A stretch of DNA of 64,000 nt, taken from the NCBI GenBank assembly GCA_035300865.1, contig DATGUZ010000063.1, positions 3,867 through 67,866 on the forward strand, written 5' to 3'. Below are positions 1 through 8,118 of this stretch, in pieces. Each line of letters begins with the position of its first letter. Positions within the stretch are counted from its first letter, which is position 1. Under the pieces are notes generated by a model, which worked only from the letters and a program-made list of their open reading frames with translations, was not told the origin of the DNA and ran no database searches. This DNA comes from Sporosarcina sp. (lineage in GTDB: Bacteria > Bacillota > Bacilli > Bacillales_A > Planococcaceae). A program made the position numbers and the translations under genes.

Positions 1-822
1 ACGTGTAAATGCTTTTCCAGCTAAATATGCTGCAGTTTGCATTTTTTTACGTGCTTGGATGTGCTCAGGATGATCGTATACAGTACGCAACTCACTAAAA
101 ATGATTTTAACTGTTTCTTTACTCCAACGTTCTGTATCAGCGGTGTTACTATTGCCAATAAAAGCTTCTACGGCATGCGTGAGCGCATCCATACCAGTTG
201 CTGCGGTAATTCCTTTTGGTACAGTTAAAGTTAGTGTAGGGTCTAATACAACGATATGTGGCAATAAAGCTGGGTCCATTAGGGCGAATTTTTCATTTGT
301 ATCATTGTTTGAAATAACTGCCGCTAATGTGGCTTCACTACCAGTTCCTGAAGTCGTTGGAACCGCAATAAGGATTGGTGTCTTTTTACGTACTTTTAGT
401 AATCCACGCATTGCATATATGGTTTTATGTGGATTGGCTACACGTGCAGCAACTACTTTTGCACAATCTATTGGTGATCCGCCTCCAAATGCGATGATTC
501 CATCACAATGATGCATTTGATATAACGTAACCGCTTCTTCAACATTTTGAATCGTTGGATTTGCTACTGTATCAGAATAAATCGTGATGTGAATATTTAA
601 ATCGCTGAACTGTTGCAATAAAGGTTGGAATAATTCAGTCTTCAGTATGCCTCGATCTGTTATAAATAAAAGGCGTGTTAATCCTTCTTGAACAATAATA
701 GTTGGTAATTCTCGCAAACAATTTTTACCTATTAATAAACGTGGTTCACGCCATGGTAAAAATGTCATTGTTTTACGCATTACAGTTTGATAAATACGAC
801 AGTATTGACGATAAAATAACAT
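1..822 (-). CDS. Iron-containing alcohol dehydrogenase, 3' end runs off the window
   Basis: Manual translation from ATG at 822 (RBS GAAGGGGG): MLFYRQYCRIYQ...TVANPTIQNVEEA...FGGGSPIDCAK...AVPTTSGTGSEAT...GMDALTHAVEAF, the Fe-ADH motifs. Missing from the ORF track because no stop lies in the window. Confidence 0.9.
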   Translation of the reverse strand, partial: MLFYRQYCRIYQTVMRKTMTFLPWREPRLLIGKNCLRELPTIIVQEGLTRLLFITDRGILKTELFQPLLQQFSDLNIHITIYSDTVANPTIQNVEEAVTLYQMHHCDGIIAFGGGSPIDCAKVVAARVANPHKTIYAMRGLLKVRKKTPILIAVPTTSGTGSEATLAAVISNNDTNEKFALMDPALLPHIVVLDPTLTLTVPKGITAATGMDALTHAVEAFIGNSNTADTERWSKETVKIIFSELRTVYDHPEHIQARKKMQTAAYLAGKAFTR

Positions 823-958
823 AAAAAAGCCCCCTTCAATGAACTATATGCAATTCATGAACGATAAATCGTTTTCATATACAATACCCTAAATCATTTA
901 GGAAAAAGCCTAAAACAAGGAAAGTTGATGGTAGGATTATATATAAACAAAATTAATT

Positions 959-972
959 AGAACAATTGTTCT
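959..972. promoter_or_regulatory. Perfect LexA (Cheo)-type box
   Basis: AGAACAATTGTTCT, a 14-bp palindrome matching Firmicute GAAC-N4-GTTC. Confidence 0.55.
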
Positions 973-1045
973 GGTGTGTGAAAAAGCGCACTTAATTCAT
1001 AAAAACACTCGTCCCGTACGTTTTATATGAATGATGATCCTTTTA

Positions 1046-1074
1046 TTGCTTCAGGAGCCATTTTATCGTATAAT
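1046..1074 (+). promoter_or_regulatory. Sigma-A promoter of the antitoxin RNA
   Basis: TTGCTT-17 bp-TATAAT, with no downstream ORF before a terminator. Confidence 0.75.
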
Positions 1075-1096
1075 GAACGTATAAATGACGTAGAAT

Positions 1097-1131
1097 AAAA
1101 AGATCGCTCAGTGTTGGAGCACTGAACGATC
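1097..1131 (-). terminator. Toxin mRNA intrinsic terminator
   Basis: Minus strand reads GATCGTTCAGTG-CTCCAA-CACTGAGCGATC followed by TTTTT. Confidence 0.75.
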
Positions 1132-1177
1132 CATTATAATAGCTGGTTCCCGTTAAGGGCGTTAGCATCCCAGGAAC

Positions 1178-1224
1178 AAATAATCCACCCGAGCCGCAAA
1201 ACTCAAGGGTGGATTATTTCTTTT
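1178..1224 (+). terminator. Antitoxin terminator
   Basis: AAATAATCCACCC...GGGTGGATTATTT stem followed by CTTTT. Confidence 0.75.
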
Positions 1225-1309
1225 GTGACATATTATACGCCAGTGTGATCACAGATACGATTAGTGCTGAAAAACTAATCATAATGACAAGCGATTGAAA
1301 TATTGTCAT
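1214..1309 (-). CDS. Type I toxin, holin-like/BsrE-BsrH-like membrane peptide, 31 aa
   Basis: MTIFQSLVIMISFSALIVSVITLAYNMSQKK: one hydrophobic helix and a basic tail, strong RBS GGAAGGGGGTG. Resembles BsrH (MSTFQALMLMLAFGSFIIALLTYIKKK). Confidence 0.85.
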   Translation of the reverse strand: MTIFQSLVIMISFSALIVSVITLAYNMSQKK

Positions 1310-1394
1310 AGCAACACCCCCTTCCTACCATTAATTGAATGGATAGAAAATGGGGATGCAGGCCACCCTTGAAAACCAATACTATTATAAACTT

Positions 1395-1415
1395 ATTGTA
1401 CCATACACTTGTTCG
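1395..1415 (-). promoter_or_regulatory. Toxin promoter (extended -10) with adjacent LexA-like box
   Basis: Minus strand: CGAACAAGTGTATG directly runs into TGG-TACAAT (TGn extended -10). Confidence 0.5.
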
Positions 1416-1452
1416 TATAACATCTACTTTTATAGATTCATGATTAACATTC

Positions 1453-1496
1453 AAAAAAAGCGTTCTCTACTTGTCTAAAGTAAAGGACGCTTTTTT
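1453..1496. terminator. Intrinsic terminator after the DUF4256 gene
   Basis: AAAAAAAGCGTTCTCTACTT...AAGTAAAGGACGCTTTTTT. Confidence 0.75.
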
Positions 1497-1509
1497 CGAA
1501 TGTTACTGC

Positions 1510-2076
1510 TTATACTTTTAATAATCCTCTAAATCCGCGAGATCCGTAATACGAGTCCGCACCATTATGATATAAAAAGACCGTTTCATAGCGATAATCA
1601 CAAAATAGTGCGCCCCCTAAAGAGCGAATTTTTTCTGGCGTTTGAATCCAACTAGAAGTTTTTTGGTCAAATGGGCCAAATTGCTGAAGAAACCGATAAT
1701 CTTCCTCTGTTAATAGCTCAAATTTCATTTCTGTAAGCATCTTTTCTACGCTTTCCTCGGGTGGGAATTTTTTTCTTTTTAAGCGCGCTTCTTCATCAAA
1801 ACAAACGCTTCTTCTTCCTTTGGGACTCTCTTTTGCACAATCATAGAAAATGTATTCATCTTTTTCTGCATCGTAATGTAACACATCAGGTTCTCCACCT
1901 GTTCTTTCCATTTCAGAAAGTACCCATAATTTCTGTGGGTGTTGCTGAAGGCGTTCTAGAATGCTGTTCCATTCTATTCCTTCATGTCGTTCGGGATATG
2001 TCTCGAACCGCTTTTGTAGGATTTCTAGCAATTGTTGTTGCTCACTTACGTCTAGTTCGTATTTGTTTGCTGTCAT
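1510..2076 (-). CDS. DUF4256 family protein
   Basis: MERTGGEPDV, ESPKGRRSVCFD, GGALFCDYRY and YHNGADSYYGSRGFRG motifs. Confidence 0.85.
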   Translation of the reverse strand: MTANKYELDVSEQQQLLEILQKRFETYPERHEGIEWNSILERLQQHPQKLWVLSEMERTGGEPDVLHYDAEKDEYIFYDCAKESPKGRRSVCFDEEARLKRKKFPPEESVEKMLTEMKFELLTEEDYRFLQQFGPFDQKTSSWIQTPEKIRSLGGALFCDYRYETVFLYHNGADSYYGSRGFRGLLKV

Positions 2077-2211
2077 ATATACGACGCCACCTCTCTTTTC
2101 CTTGTTTGTTTATTATAACTTGTCTTTGCAAAATAAAAAAATGATTTATTGTCAAAAAGGTTTTTTTATACATATGCATTTATTAAACGAGCAAAAAAAA
2201 TAGCAAGATCA

Positions 2212-3255
2212 CTATAGTTTCATGCCGACATCTTCAAAAGTAGGCATATTTTTCATCATGCTCATTGCCGCGTCGATTATTGGCATCATTAAAGCAGCAC
2301 CTGAGCCCTCACCAAGACACATCTTCATTTGTAATACAGGTTCAATACCAACGAGTTGACTCGCAAAAACTCCACCAGGTTCCTCGGTCGCATGTGATGC
2401 AATTAAATACGGTTTTATTTTCGGCTCCAGTCTAACAGCTAATAGCGCAGCTACTGTTGAGATATAACCATCGACAACAACAGGGACACGGTTTTTGGCA
2501 GCACCAATCATAACACCCGCCATTCCCCCGATTTCAAGCCCTCCGACTTTAGCAAGTATATCAATTGGATCATGACGATTTGGGTCATTGATATGGATGG
2601 CGCGACGAATAACATCGATTTTGTGTTGAATACCACCTTCCCCAGTTCCAGCACCTTTCCCTGTAATTGTTTCTGGGTCAATATTTCCGAAGACTGCTAA
2701 CATAGCTGTGCTAGGTGTTGTATTCCCAATCCCCATTTCTCCCGTTCCGAGCAATTGTGCGCCTTCGTTTATAGCTAAATCAGCCATTTCAATGCCAACT
2801 TCAATTGCTTGAATTGCTTCCTCACGTGTCATTGCAGGACCTTTTGCGATGTTGTTCGTACCGTATTTAATCTTTCGTGCAATGACATTCACATCTGCCG
2901 GTAAATCCTTTTTCACCCCTATATCGACAACTTGAATCTTCGTATTTGTTACTTGGCCAATTGCACAAACACCTGGAAGTCCTTTGGACATAAGAATTGT
3001 TTGAGCATATGTAATGTCTTGTAGATTGCTTGTAACGCCTTCTTCATAAACACCGTGATCTCCAGCTAATGTAATAATTGTTTTTTTGTTCAGTTGTGGC
3101 GTTAATTCACCTGTAATTCCCGCAAGTTGTATGGCGATTTTTTCCAATTCTCCTAAGCTCTTTGGTGGTTTAATGAGTTGATTGACATGTGCTTCCGCTT
3201 TTGTCATCATCGATTCATTTAAGGGTGAGATATCTTTCAATGCTTTTGTTAACAT
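2212..3255 (-). CDS. cobT: Nicotinate-nucleotide-dimethylbenzimidazole phosphoribosyltransferase
   Basis: KPPKSLGELE, AGDHGV, GEMGIGNTT, VDGYIS and LGEGSGA motifs; cobalamin riboswitch upstream. Confidence 0.95.
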   Translation of the reverse strand: MLTKALKDISPLNESMMTKAEAHVNQLIKPPKSLGELEKIAIQLAGITGELTPQLNKKTIITLAGDHGVYEEGVTSNLQDITYAQTILMSKGLPGVCAIGQVTNTKIQVVDIGVKKDLPADVNVIARKIKYGTNNIAKGPAMTREEAIQAIEVGIEMADLAINEGAQLLGTGEMGIGNTTPSTAMLAVFGNIDPETITGKGAGTGEGGIQHKIDVIRRAIHINDPNRHDPIDILAKVGGLEIGGMAGVMIGAAKNRVPVVVDGYISTVAALLAVRLEPKIKPYLIASHATEEPGGVFASQLVGIEPVLQMKMCLGEGSGAALMMPIIDAAMSMMKNMPTFEDVGMKL

Positions 3256-3281
3256 ACTGAGCGCTCCTTTTTCTAAACGAC

Positions 3282-3327
3282 AAAAAGCCTATCATTTATT
3301 TGCATCGCAAATAAACGATAGACTTTT
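3282..3327 (-). terminator. Expression-platform terminator of the cobalamin riboswitch
   Basis: AAGTCTATCGTTTATTTGC-GAT-GCAAATAAATGATAGGCTTTTT, between aptamer and the cobT RBS. Confidence 0.85.
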
Positions 3328-3352
3328 CCATCATCTACTTTCTATTTTTCCA

Positions 3353-3507
3353 ACAAATCGGCAGGTCTCCTGGCTTAAGGCTACGCGTGATTCACCTTCC
3401 CAGAAACGAGTTCCAGTGGTATGTCGAATCCTACTTCCTATTACAGTGGTGGGACCGCTGAAGATTTTCACTTCATTTTCTATTCTCCTCATGAGGCACC
3501 GATTTGT
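3353..3507 (-). ncRNA. Cobalamin riboswitch
   Basis: P1 ACAAATCGG/CCGATTTGT, GCGGTCCCACCACTGTAA, CCACTGG...GGGAAGG and B12 box AGCCAGGAGACCTGCC. Promoter TTGAAT-17-TATACT upstream. Confidence 0.92.
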
Positions 3508-3593
3508 ATTTGTAACATGTACGATTAGTATACGCATTTTTTTCGCAATATTCAATAGATGACTCAAAAGCATGATAAAGGATTTCTTAACAG

Positions 3594-4196
3594 TTACATT
3601 TGATCAACAACATATAAGAAAAAAACATTTGGATTATGTAATTCATTCCACTTTAAATCATCAAGTATCATATTTAACCCGATTGGTTCATAATGTGTTT
3701 TTTCAAATGTGTTGAGGTCCTCTTCTGTTAATCCATGTTCATTGAGCTGATGTTCTAGGCTCCCGTTATCTAATAGTTTCGCATAATAAATGTTTGCATA
3801 CATTTTAAAGTAAGGGGATTTTTCGTACGTCTTATCATGATCAATGCCTGCGTGTCCAATATGTTTCATCGTTTCATTATCATATAACAATAAAGCACCT
3901 ACTGGATGCGGAAACATCTTTTGAACTTCTTCAGGTACTTGGTTCACCGCTTGTTGGAGCGCGATATCACCTTTTTCAAAAGCACGTAAAAAATCATGTA
4001 GCGCTAGATGTGTCGCAGCTAAATGAAAGACGACAGATAAATAGTGCTCACCTTGTAAATAATACGTCTTTGCAATTCCACGCAATAATCCCGTTGAAAT
4101 GCCTTCGCTTTTCATTTCTTGCTTATAATACGTATGGGCTTGTGTAAAATCTTTTTCTCTTTTCGCTTCTCTTGCTAATGCAGCATAATGTGTCAA
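3594..4196 (-). CDS. Hypothetical protein, helical with a TPR-like N-terminus
   Basis: 200-aa ORF, TTG start with RBS AAGGGAGTGG. The TPR-like pattern is only suggestive. Confidence 0.7.
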   Translation of the reverse strand: MTHYAALAREAKREKDFTQAHTYYKQEMKSEGISTGLLRGIAKTYYLQGEHYLSVVFHLAATHLALHDFLRAFEKGDIALQQAVNQVPEEVQKMFPHPVGALLLYDNETMKHIGHAGIDHDKTYEKSPYFKMYANIYYAKLLDNGSLEHQLNEHGLTEEDLNTFEKTHYEPIGLNMILDDLKWNELHNPNVFFLYVVDQM

Positions 4197-4279
4197 AAAA
4201 CCACTCCCTTATTCCCATCCTACAAGATTTTCCCATGAAATTAAAATAAAAAGAAGCTCGGTGATAAACCGAACTTCTG

Positions 4280-5431
4280 TTAAACTGACGGATAGGTTCT
4301 ACTAAATGAAAATAATGCAAAGCCCAAAGCGATGACAACGATGAAACTACCAACAAACGGCATGCTTGCAACTGAACCTGTTTGTTCTAATAATACACCA
4401 CCGATAATGGAACCTACCGAAATCCCAATTTGTAAAGCAGAGTTATTAAAGCTTTGTTGAACAGGTGCTGTCTTCGGGTCGATTTCAATAATATAACTTT
4501 GCATAGCTGGTGAGAGTCCCCAACTTAGTGCGCCCCATATCATCATGACAGGAATAAAGCTAATTAATGAAAACGTCGTAAACGGTAAAATGGCCATGGA
4601 TAAAGCAAATACTGAAAGCACAATGATCATACTTTTTTTCGGTCCGATATTGTCTGACAAAGTTCCACCAATTGCTCCCCCACTGACTGCAGCCACTCCG
4701 AATAATAAATAACAAAGACTAATGAGTGTGGCATTGAGATCCATTGTTGATTCTAAAAAGGGTCTGAAGTAAGCATATAATGTAAAATGACCAGTAAGCA
4801 TTAATAAAATTGCTAAATGCGCACTCATCACCTTACTACTTTTCAATGTTTTAAGTTGTTGACGAAGTGGAATCATTTTTTCGCCGGGAACTGCTTCAAG
4901 AAATACGGAAATTAAGATCATTGATCCGATTGATAAGACTGCAATGGCTAAAAAGATATACCGCCAACCGAATGCATTTGTAATCATAATGCCTATAGGT
5001 ACCCCTAATACAAGGGATGAGCTAATGCCCATAGAAATAACACCAATGGCTTTTGCACGATGAGTTGGTGCGACAATCTTGACAGCGATCGTTAATGATA
5101 ACACGATCACAAGTGCAGTACTTGCAGCAGTAATAACACGTGCAATCATCATAACTGTAAATGTTGGACTAAAAAATGTAATAATATTTCCTATAAAGAA
5201 AACAAATAATGCCATTAAATATAATTTTTTTCGTTCAAATTCACTCGTTAAGGCTAATAGTACGGGACCAGCAATTGCGAAGACAAACGCAAATACGGTA
5301 ATTAATTGACCAGCTGTACTAAGAGACACATTAAATTCATCTGCTATCGATGGTAAAATCCCACCGACAATTAATTCGACTAAACCAACAGCAACTGTTG
5401 CAAGTGCCATCATATAAACTCTAAAATTCAC
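4280..5431 (-). CDS. pbuE: Purine efflux MFS transporter PbuE
   Basis: GTG start at 5431 gives MNFRVYMMALATVAVGLVELIVGGILP, closely resembling B. subtilis PbuE; adenine riboswitch upstream. Confidence 0.9.
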   Translation of the reverse strand: MNFRVYMMALATVAVGLVELIVGGILPSIADEFNVSLSTAGQLITVFAFVFAIAGPVLLALTSEFERKKLYLMALFVFFIGNIITFFSPTFTVMMIARVITAASTALVIVLSLTIAVKIVAPTHRAKAIGVISMGISSSLVLGVPIGIMITNAFGWRYIFLAIAVLSIGSMILISVFLEAVPGEKMIPLRQQLKTLKSSKVMSAHLAILLMLTGHFTLYAYFRPFLESTMDLNATLISLCYLLFGVAAVSGGAIGGTLSDNIGPKKSMIIVLSVFALSMAILPFTTFSLISFIPVMMIWGALSWGLSPAMQSYIIEIDPKTAPVQQSFNNSALQIGISVGSIIGGVLLEQTGSVASMPFVGSFIVVIALGFALFSFSRTYPSV

Positions 5432-5490
5432 GTTCTTCTTTCCTTTCTTCCAAGTACCTCTCATCATTTCTTTCAACCGATTTTAGCAAA

Positions 5491-5602
5491 CAAAAAAACG
5501 CCTAATTACAAAATGTGAATAGATTGTATCCACGTTCTGTAATCAGGAGTTTATGGTTCCTGGTAGAAACCCTCTAGCCATATTCTAAAGGTTATACAGT
5601 AC
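5491..5602 (-). ncRNA. Purine riboswitch, adenine-specific ON type, with terminator
   Basis: TATAA-CCTTTAG-AATATGG-CTAGAGG-GTTTCTAC-CAGGAA-CCATAAA-CTCCTG-ATTA. The specificity base is U. The aptamer 3' strand forms the terminator CCTGATTACAGAACGTGGAT...ATTCACATTTTGTAATTAGGCGTTTTTTT, as in pbuE. Confidence 0.95.
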
Positions 5603-5685
5603 TTTTTCTTAATTTTTATCTATGATACATGATTCTTTATATATTGGCAAGATAAATTTAAGGTATTGATAAGAAAATATGTTGT

Positions 5686-7170
5686 TTAGCTGATATCGTC
5701 CTGTTCCCCTTTGATTTTTTCAGTTGATCCTAAAATTAAATAATTGAGTTCTTCTTCGGGAATGGCATTATACTCTTTACGTTTAAATAAATAGAAAAAA
5801 ATGCCAATCACAATCCAAATGATGAGGGTTATTCTAGATTCCATCCCCAAAAATGCAGGAGAACCTGGTACAAGCAATAATGCAACAAATACTAAACTTG
5901 CAATCATCCCGATTAATGAAATGATTTTCTTAACAGGAGCCGCTTCCTGTTTCGTTCGATCGATAACATCTCTTTGATCCCATTTAAATAGTTTAAAAGC
6001 CGTTAAACATGTATAGAAATAGGCAATTGATACACCGATTGAAGACATATCTACAACCCATTCTAACGCTTCACGCCCGAACCACGGAGCTAGAGCGGAA
6101 AGAAGGATCGTAAAAATGACCGCAATATGAGGTGTCCCATATTTTGGATGCACTTTTTCAAATGATTTCGGTAAAATTTTAGCACGTGCCATCGCAAATA
6201 GTAATCGACTTGCTGCCATTGTAAAACCGTTTAATCCTGTAAATATGCCCATTGATAATGAAATAACTAACACAACTAAACCAATCGTACCTAATGACTC
6301 TTGAATGACGATTGCAGTTCCCCATAAATGCCCTTCAGCAGCTACATCTTGCCAAGGAGTTGCCATAGCCGTAGCAAGTATCATTAGCGCGTAAATAATT
6401 GCTGCGAATAAAATGGCGAAAATGATGAGCATAAACGCTTTGCGCGCTGGAAAGTCAAATTCTTCAGCCGCTTGCGGTACAGCATCAAAACCAACAAATG
6501 CCCATGGTGCAATTGCGACAATAGAAATAATTGCGGCAATCGCTGTTTTATCAGATGGGAAATGTGGTTGAATATCAGCTAATCCTGTACCTGGTTGAAT
6601 GCCAATAGCCATTGTAATACCCACTACAGTTAAGACCATTACAAGTGCAAATATAAATTGCATGCGTCCGGATAATCCTGTTCCTCGTATATTAAAAAAA
6701 CCGAACACGACTAAAGCAACTGTCGCGATTATAATTTCCATCCCATATACGTGCCAACCAGCGATTGTATAAAGTGGAAACACTTCAATAATAGCTGGGA
6801 AGACATATTTAAACATCAAAGCGAAAGCCGAGGCGTTTAAAGCAACAATACATATGTAGCCTAAGGTTAAAAACCAAGCACTAATAAACGCATGTGTTCT
6901 CCCCATACTAATAAATGCATAAGCAAATTCTCCACCAGATACCGGGAAACTTCGAATTAGAAATCCATAACTGACTGCAATAAGCATCATTAAAGCTGCA
7001 CCAATGGTAAAACCGATAATAACCCCTAATGGTCCTGCGGATTCCATCCAATTAATCGGTTGGACGAATGCGCCCCACCCAATTGCAGAACCAAGTGCAA
7101 TAGCCCACACCCAATGTGGTTTTAATGTTTTATTTAATGTCGTACGTTCTTCCATCCTTCGTTTTTTCAT
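5686..7170 (-). CDS. APC family amino acid permease
   Basis: GSAIGWG, GGEFAY and FVGFD motifs, about 12 TM segments. Start placed at ATG 7170 (RBS AAAGGGAG). Confidence 0.9.
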   Translation of the reverse strand: MKKRRMEERTTLNKTLKPHWVWAIALGSAIGWGAFVQPINWMESAGPLGVIIGFTIGAALMMLIAVSYGFLIRSFPVSGGEFAYAFISMGRTHAFISAWFLTLGYICIVALNASAFALMFKYVFPAIIEVFPLYTIAGWHVYGMEIIIATVALVVFGFFNIRGTGLSGRMQFIFALVMVLTVVGITMAIGIQPGTGLADIQPHFPSDKTAIAAIISIVAIAPWAFVGFDAVPQAAEEFDFPARKAFMLIIFAILFAAIIYALMILATAMATPWQDVAAEGHLWGTAIVIQESLGTIGLVVLVISLSMGIFTGLNGFTMAASRLLFAMARAKILPKSFEKVHPKYGTPHIAVIFTILLSALAPWFGREALEWVVDMSSIGVSIAYFYTCLTAFKLFKWDQRDVIDRTKQEAAPVKKIISLIGMIASLVFVALLLVPGSPAFLGMESRITLIIWIVIGIFFYLFKRKEYNAIPEEELNYLILGSTEKIKGEQDDIS

Positions 7171-7356
7171 TAGATTCTCCCTTTTATTTGTCATTGAACA
7201 CAATTTTTCTCCCCGAACCAACAACTCATTCCCTTTTAATCATGTCATGATGAACACCCCTTTATCGTCGTATTTATGCCATACCCAAGTTTTATGAAAA
7301 GTATCGCGGAAAAGCATTTTAATCCAATTGCAATCAAAAACATTAAAAACCTATTA

Positions 7357-7370
7357 TGATAACGCTTACA
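7357..7370. promoter_or_regulatory. cre site (CcpA)
   Basis: TGATAACGCTTACA matches TGWNANCGNTNWCA; lies in the divergent region upstream of the permease. Confidence 0.7.
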
Positions 7371-7525
7371 AATGATGTTAATATTGCATTCGACTGTAAG
7401 AAATATTGTCATCAAATTTTTAAAGCTGTTCATGATATTTTCTTTACATGATGTTTACAGTTTTTTGACATGAAATTCACATCATTTTGTTACACTATAC
7501 ATAAAGTTAGTTAGGAGGTGTTTCA

Positions 7526-8041
7526 ATGAAAAAGAAAACATTATTATTTGTTCCATTGTTCTTTCTCACTTCTTCTCTTCTAGCAGTATATATTTCAGCG
7601 TCGCATCAATTTGATCAAATGACGATTGAAATACTTCTTATTTTATTCACTGCGCATCTTTATTTGTACACATTGTTACCAGCGGTTTTCAAACGAATCG
7701 TGCAGCGATGTGGTCTCCAATCAATTGCTTATATTCATCATGCAACGAGCACTAAAGAATTTGTGTTTGAGCGTCAGCATTTGCGAGCAAATCGAATCGA
7801 CGTCACACTTGAAGTGCTTGATGCAAATGGACAACCCTTTCATGCGAAAAGTACGGAATATTTTAAAGAACTTGGTGAAAATGCAATTGGTGCGCATCAA
7901 CTGATTGTTGTTCGTTATTTGCCGTTCTTTAAAAAATATGTTGTATTTGACGCACTCTATCATGAATTTCACCACGATATGATTATTCCACACGTCGTTC
8001 AAAAAAGAACGTCTACTAAGAACGCCACTTATTCCCTTTGA
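7526..8041 (+). CDS. Hypothetical membrane protein (2 N-terminal TM segments plus a soluble domain)
   Basis: RBS AGGAGG; promoter-like TTGACA/TACACT upstream; hydrophobic N-terminus. Confidence 0.7.
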   Translation: MKKKTLLFVPLFFLTSSLLAVYISASHQFDQMTIEILLILFTAHLYLYTLLPAVFKRIVQRCGLQSIAYIHHATSTKEFVFERQHLRANRIDVTLEVLDANGQPFHAKSTEYFKELGENAIGAHQLIVVRYLPFFKKYVVFDALYHEFHHDMIIPHVVQKRTSTKNATYSL

Positions 8042-8073
8042 AGGTTCTTAATCTTTCACACTGATTTTCCTAT

Positions 8074-8112
8074 AAAAAAAGAACCCGCTTCATAAAAGCT
8101 AGGTTCTTTTTT
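8074..8112. terminator. Bidirectional terminator
   Basis: AAAAAAAGAACC...GGTTCTTTTTT between convergent genes. Confidence 0.7.
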
Positions 8113-8118
8113 ATGTTG

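Larger units (their letters stand above)
1081..1224 (+). ncRNA. Type I antitoxin RNA (about 145 nt), convergent with the toxin mRNA 3' end
   Basis: Bounded by the sigma-A promoter and the terminator at 1178-1224. Overlaps the toxin stop codon and 3' UTR, the same layout as B. subtilis RatA, SR4 and SR5. Confidence 0.75.

Noticed and set aside
37-511. Plus-strand ORFs 37-228 and 101-511
   Set aside because: Antisense shadows of the Fe-ADH gene. The same applies to the many short ORFs opposite parC, parE, citB, mutB, the bkd genes and the transporters.
888-902. Palindrome CCTAAA-TCA-TTTAGG upstream of the Fe-ADH
   Set aside because: Short and AT-rich with no regulator I can assign; may be chance.
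3182-3573. ORFs 3182-3562 (+) and 3331-3573 (-)
   Set aside because: They overlie the cobalamin riboswitch and terminator and have no RBS or protein-like features.
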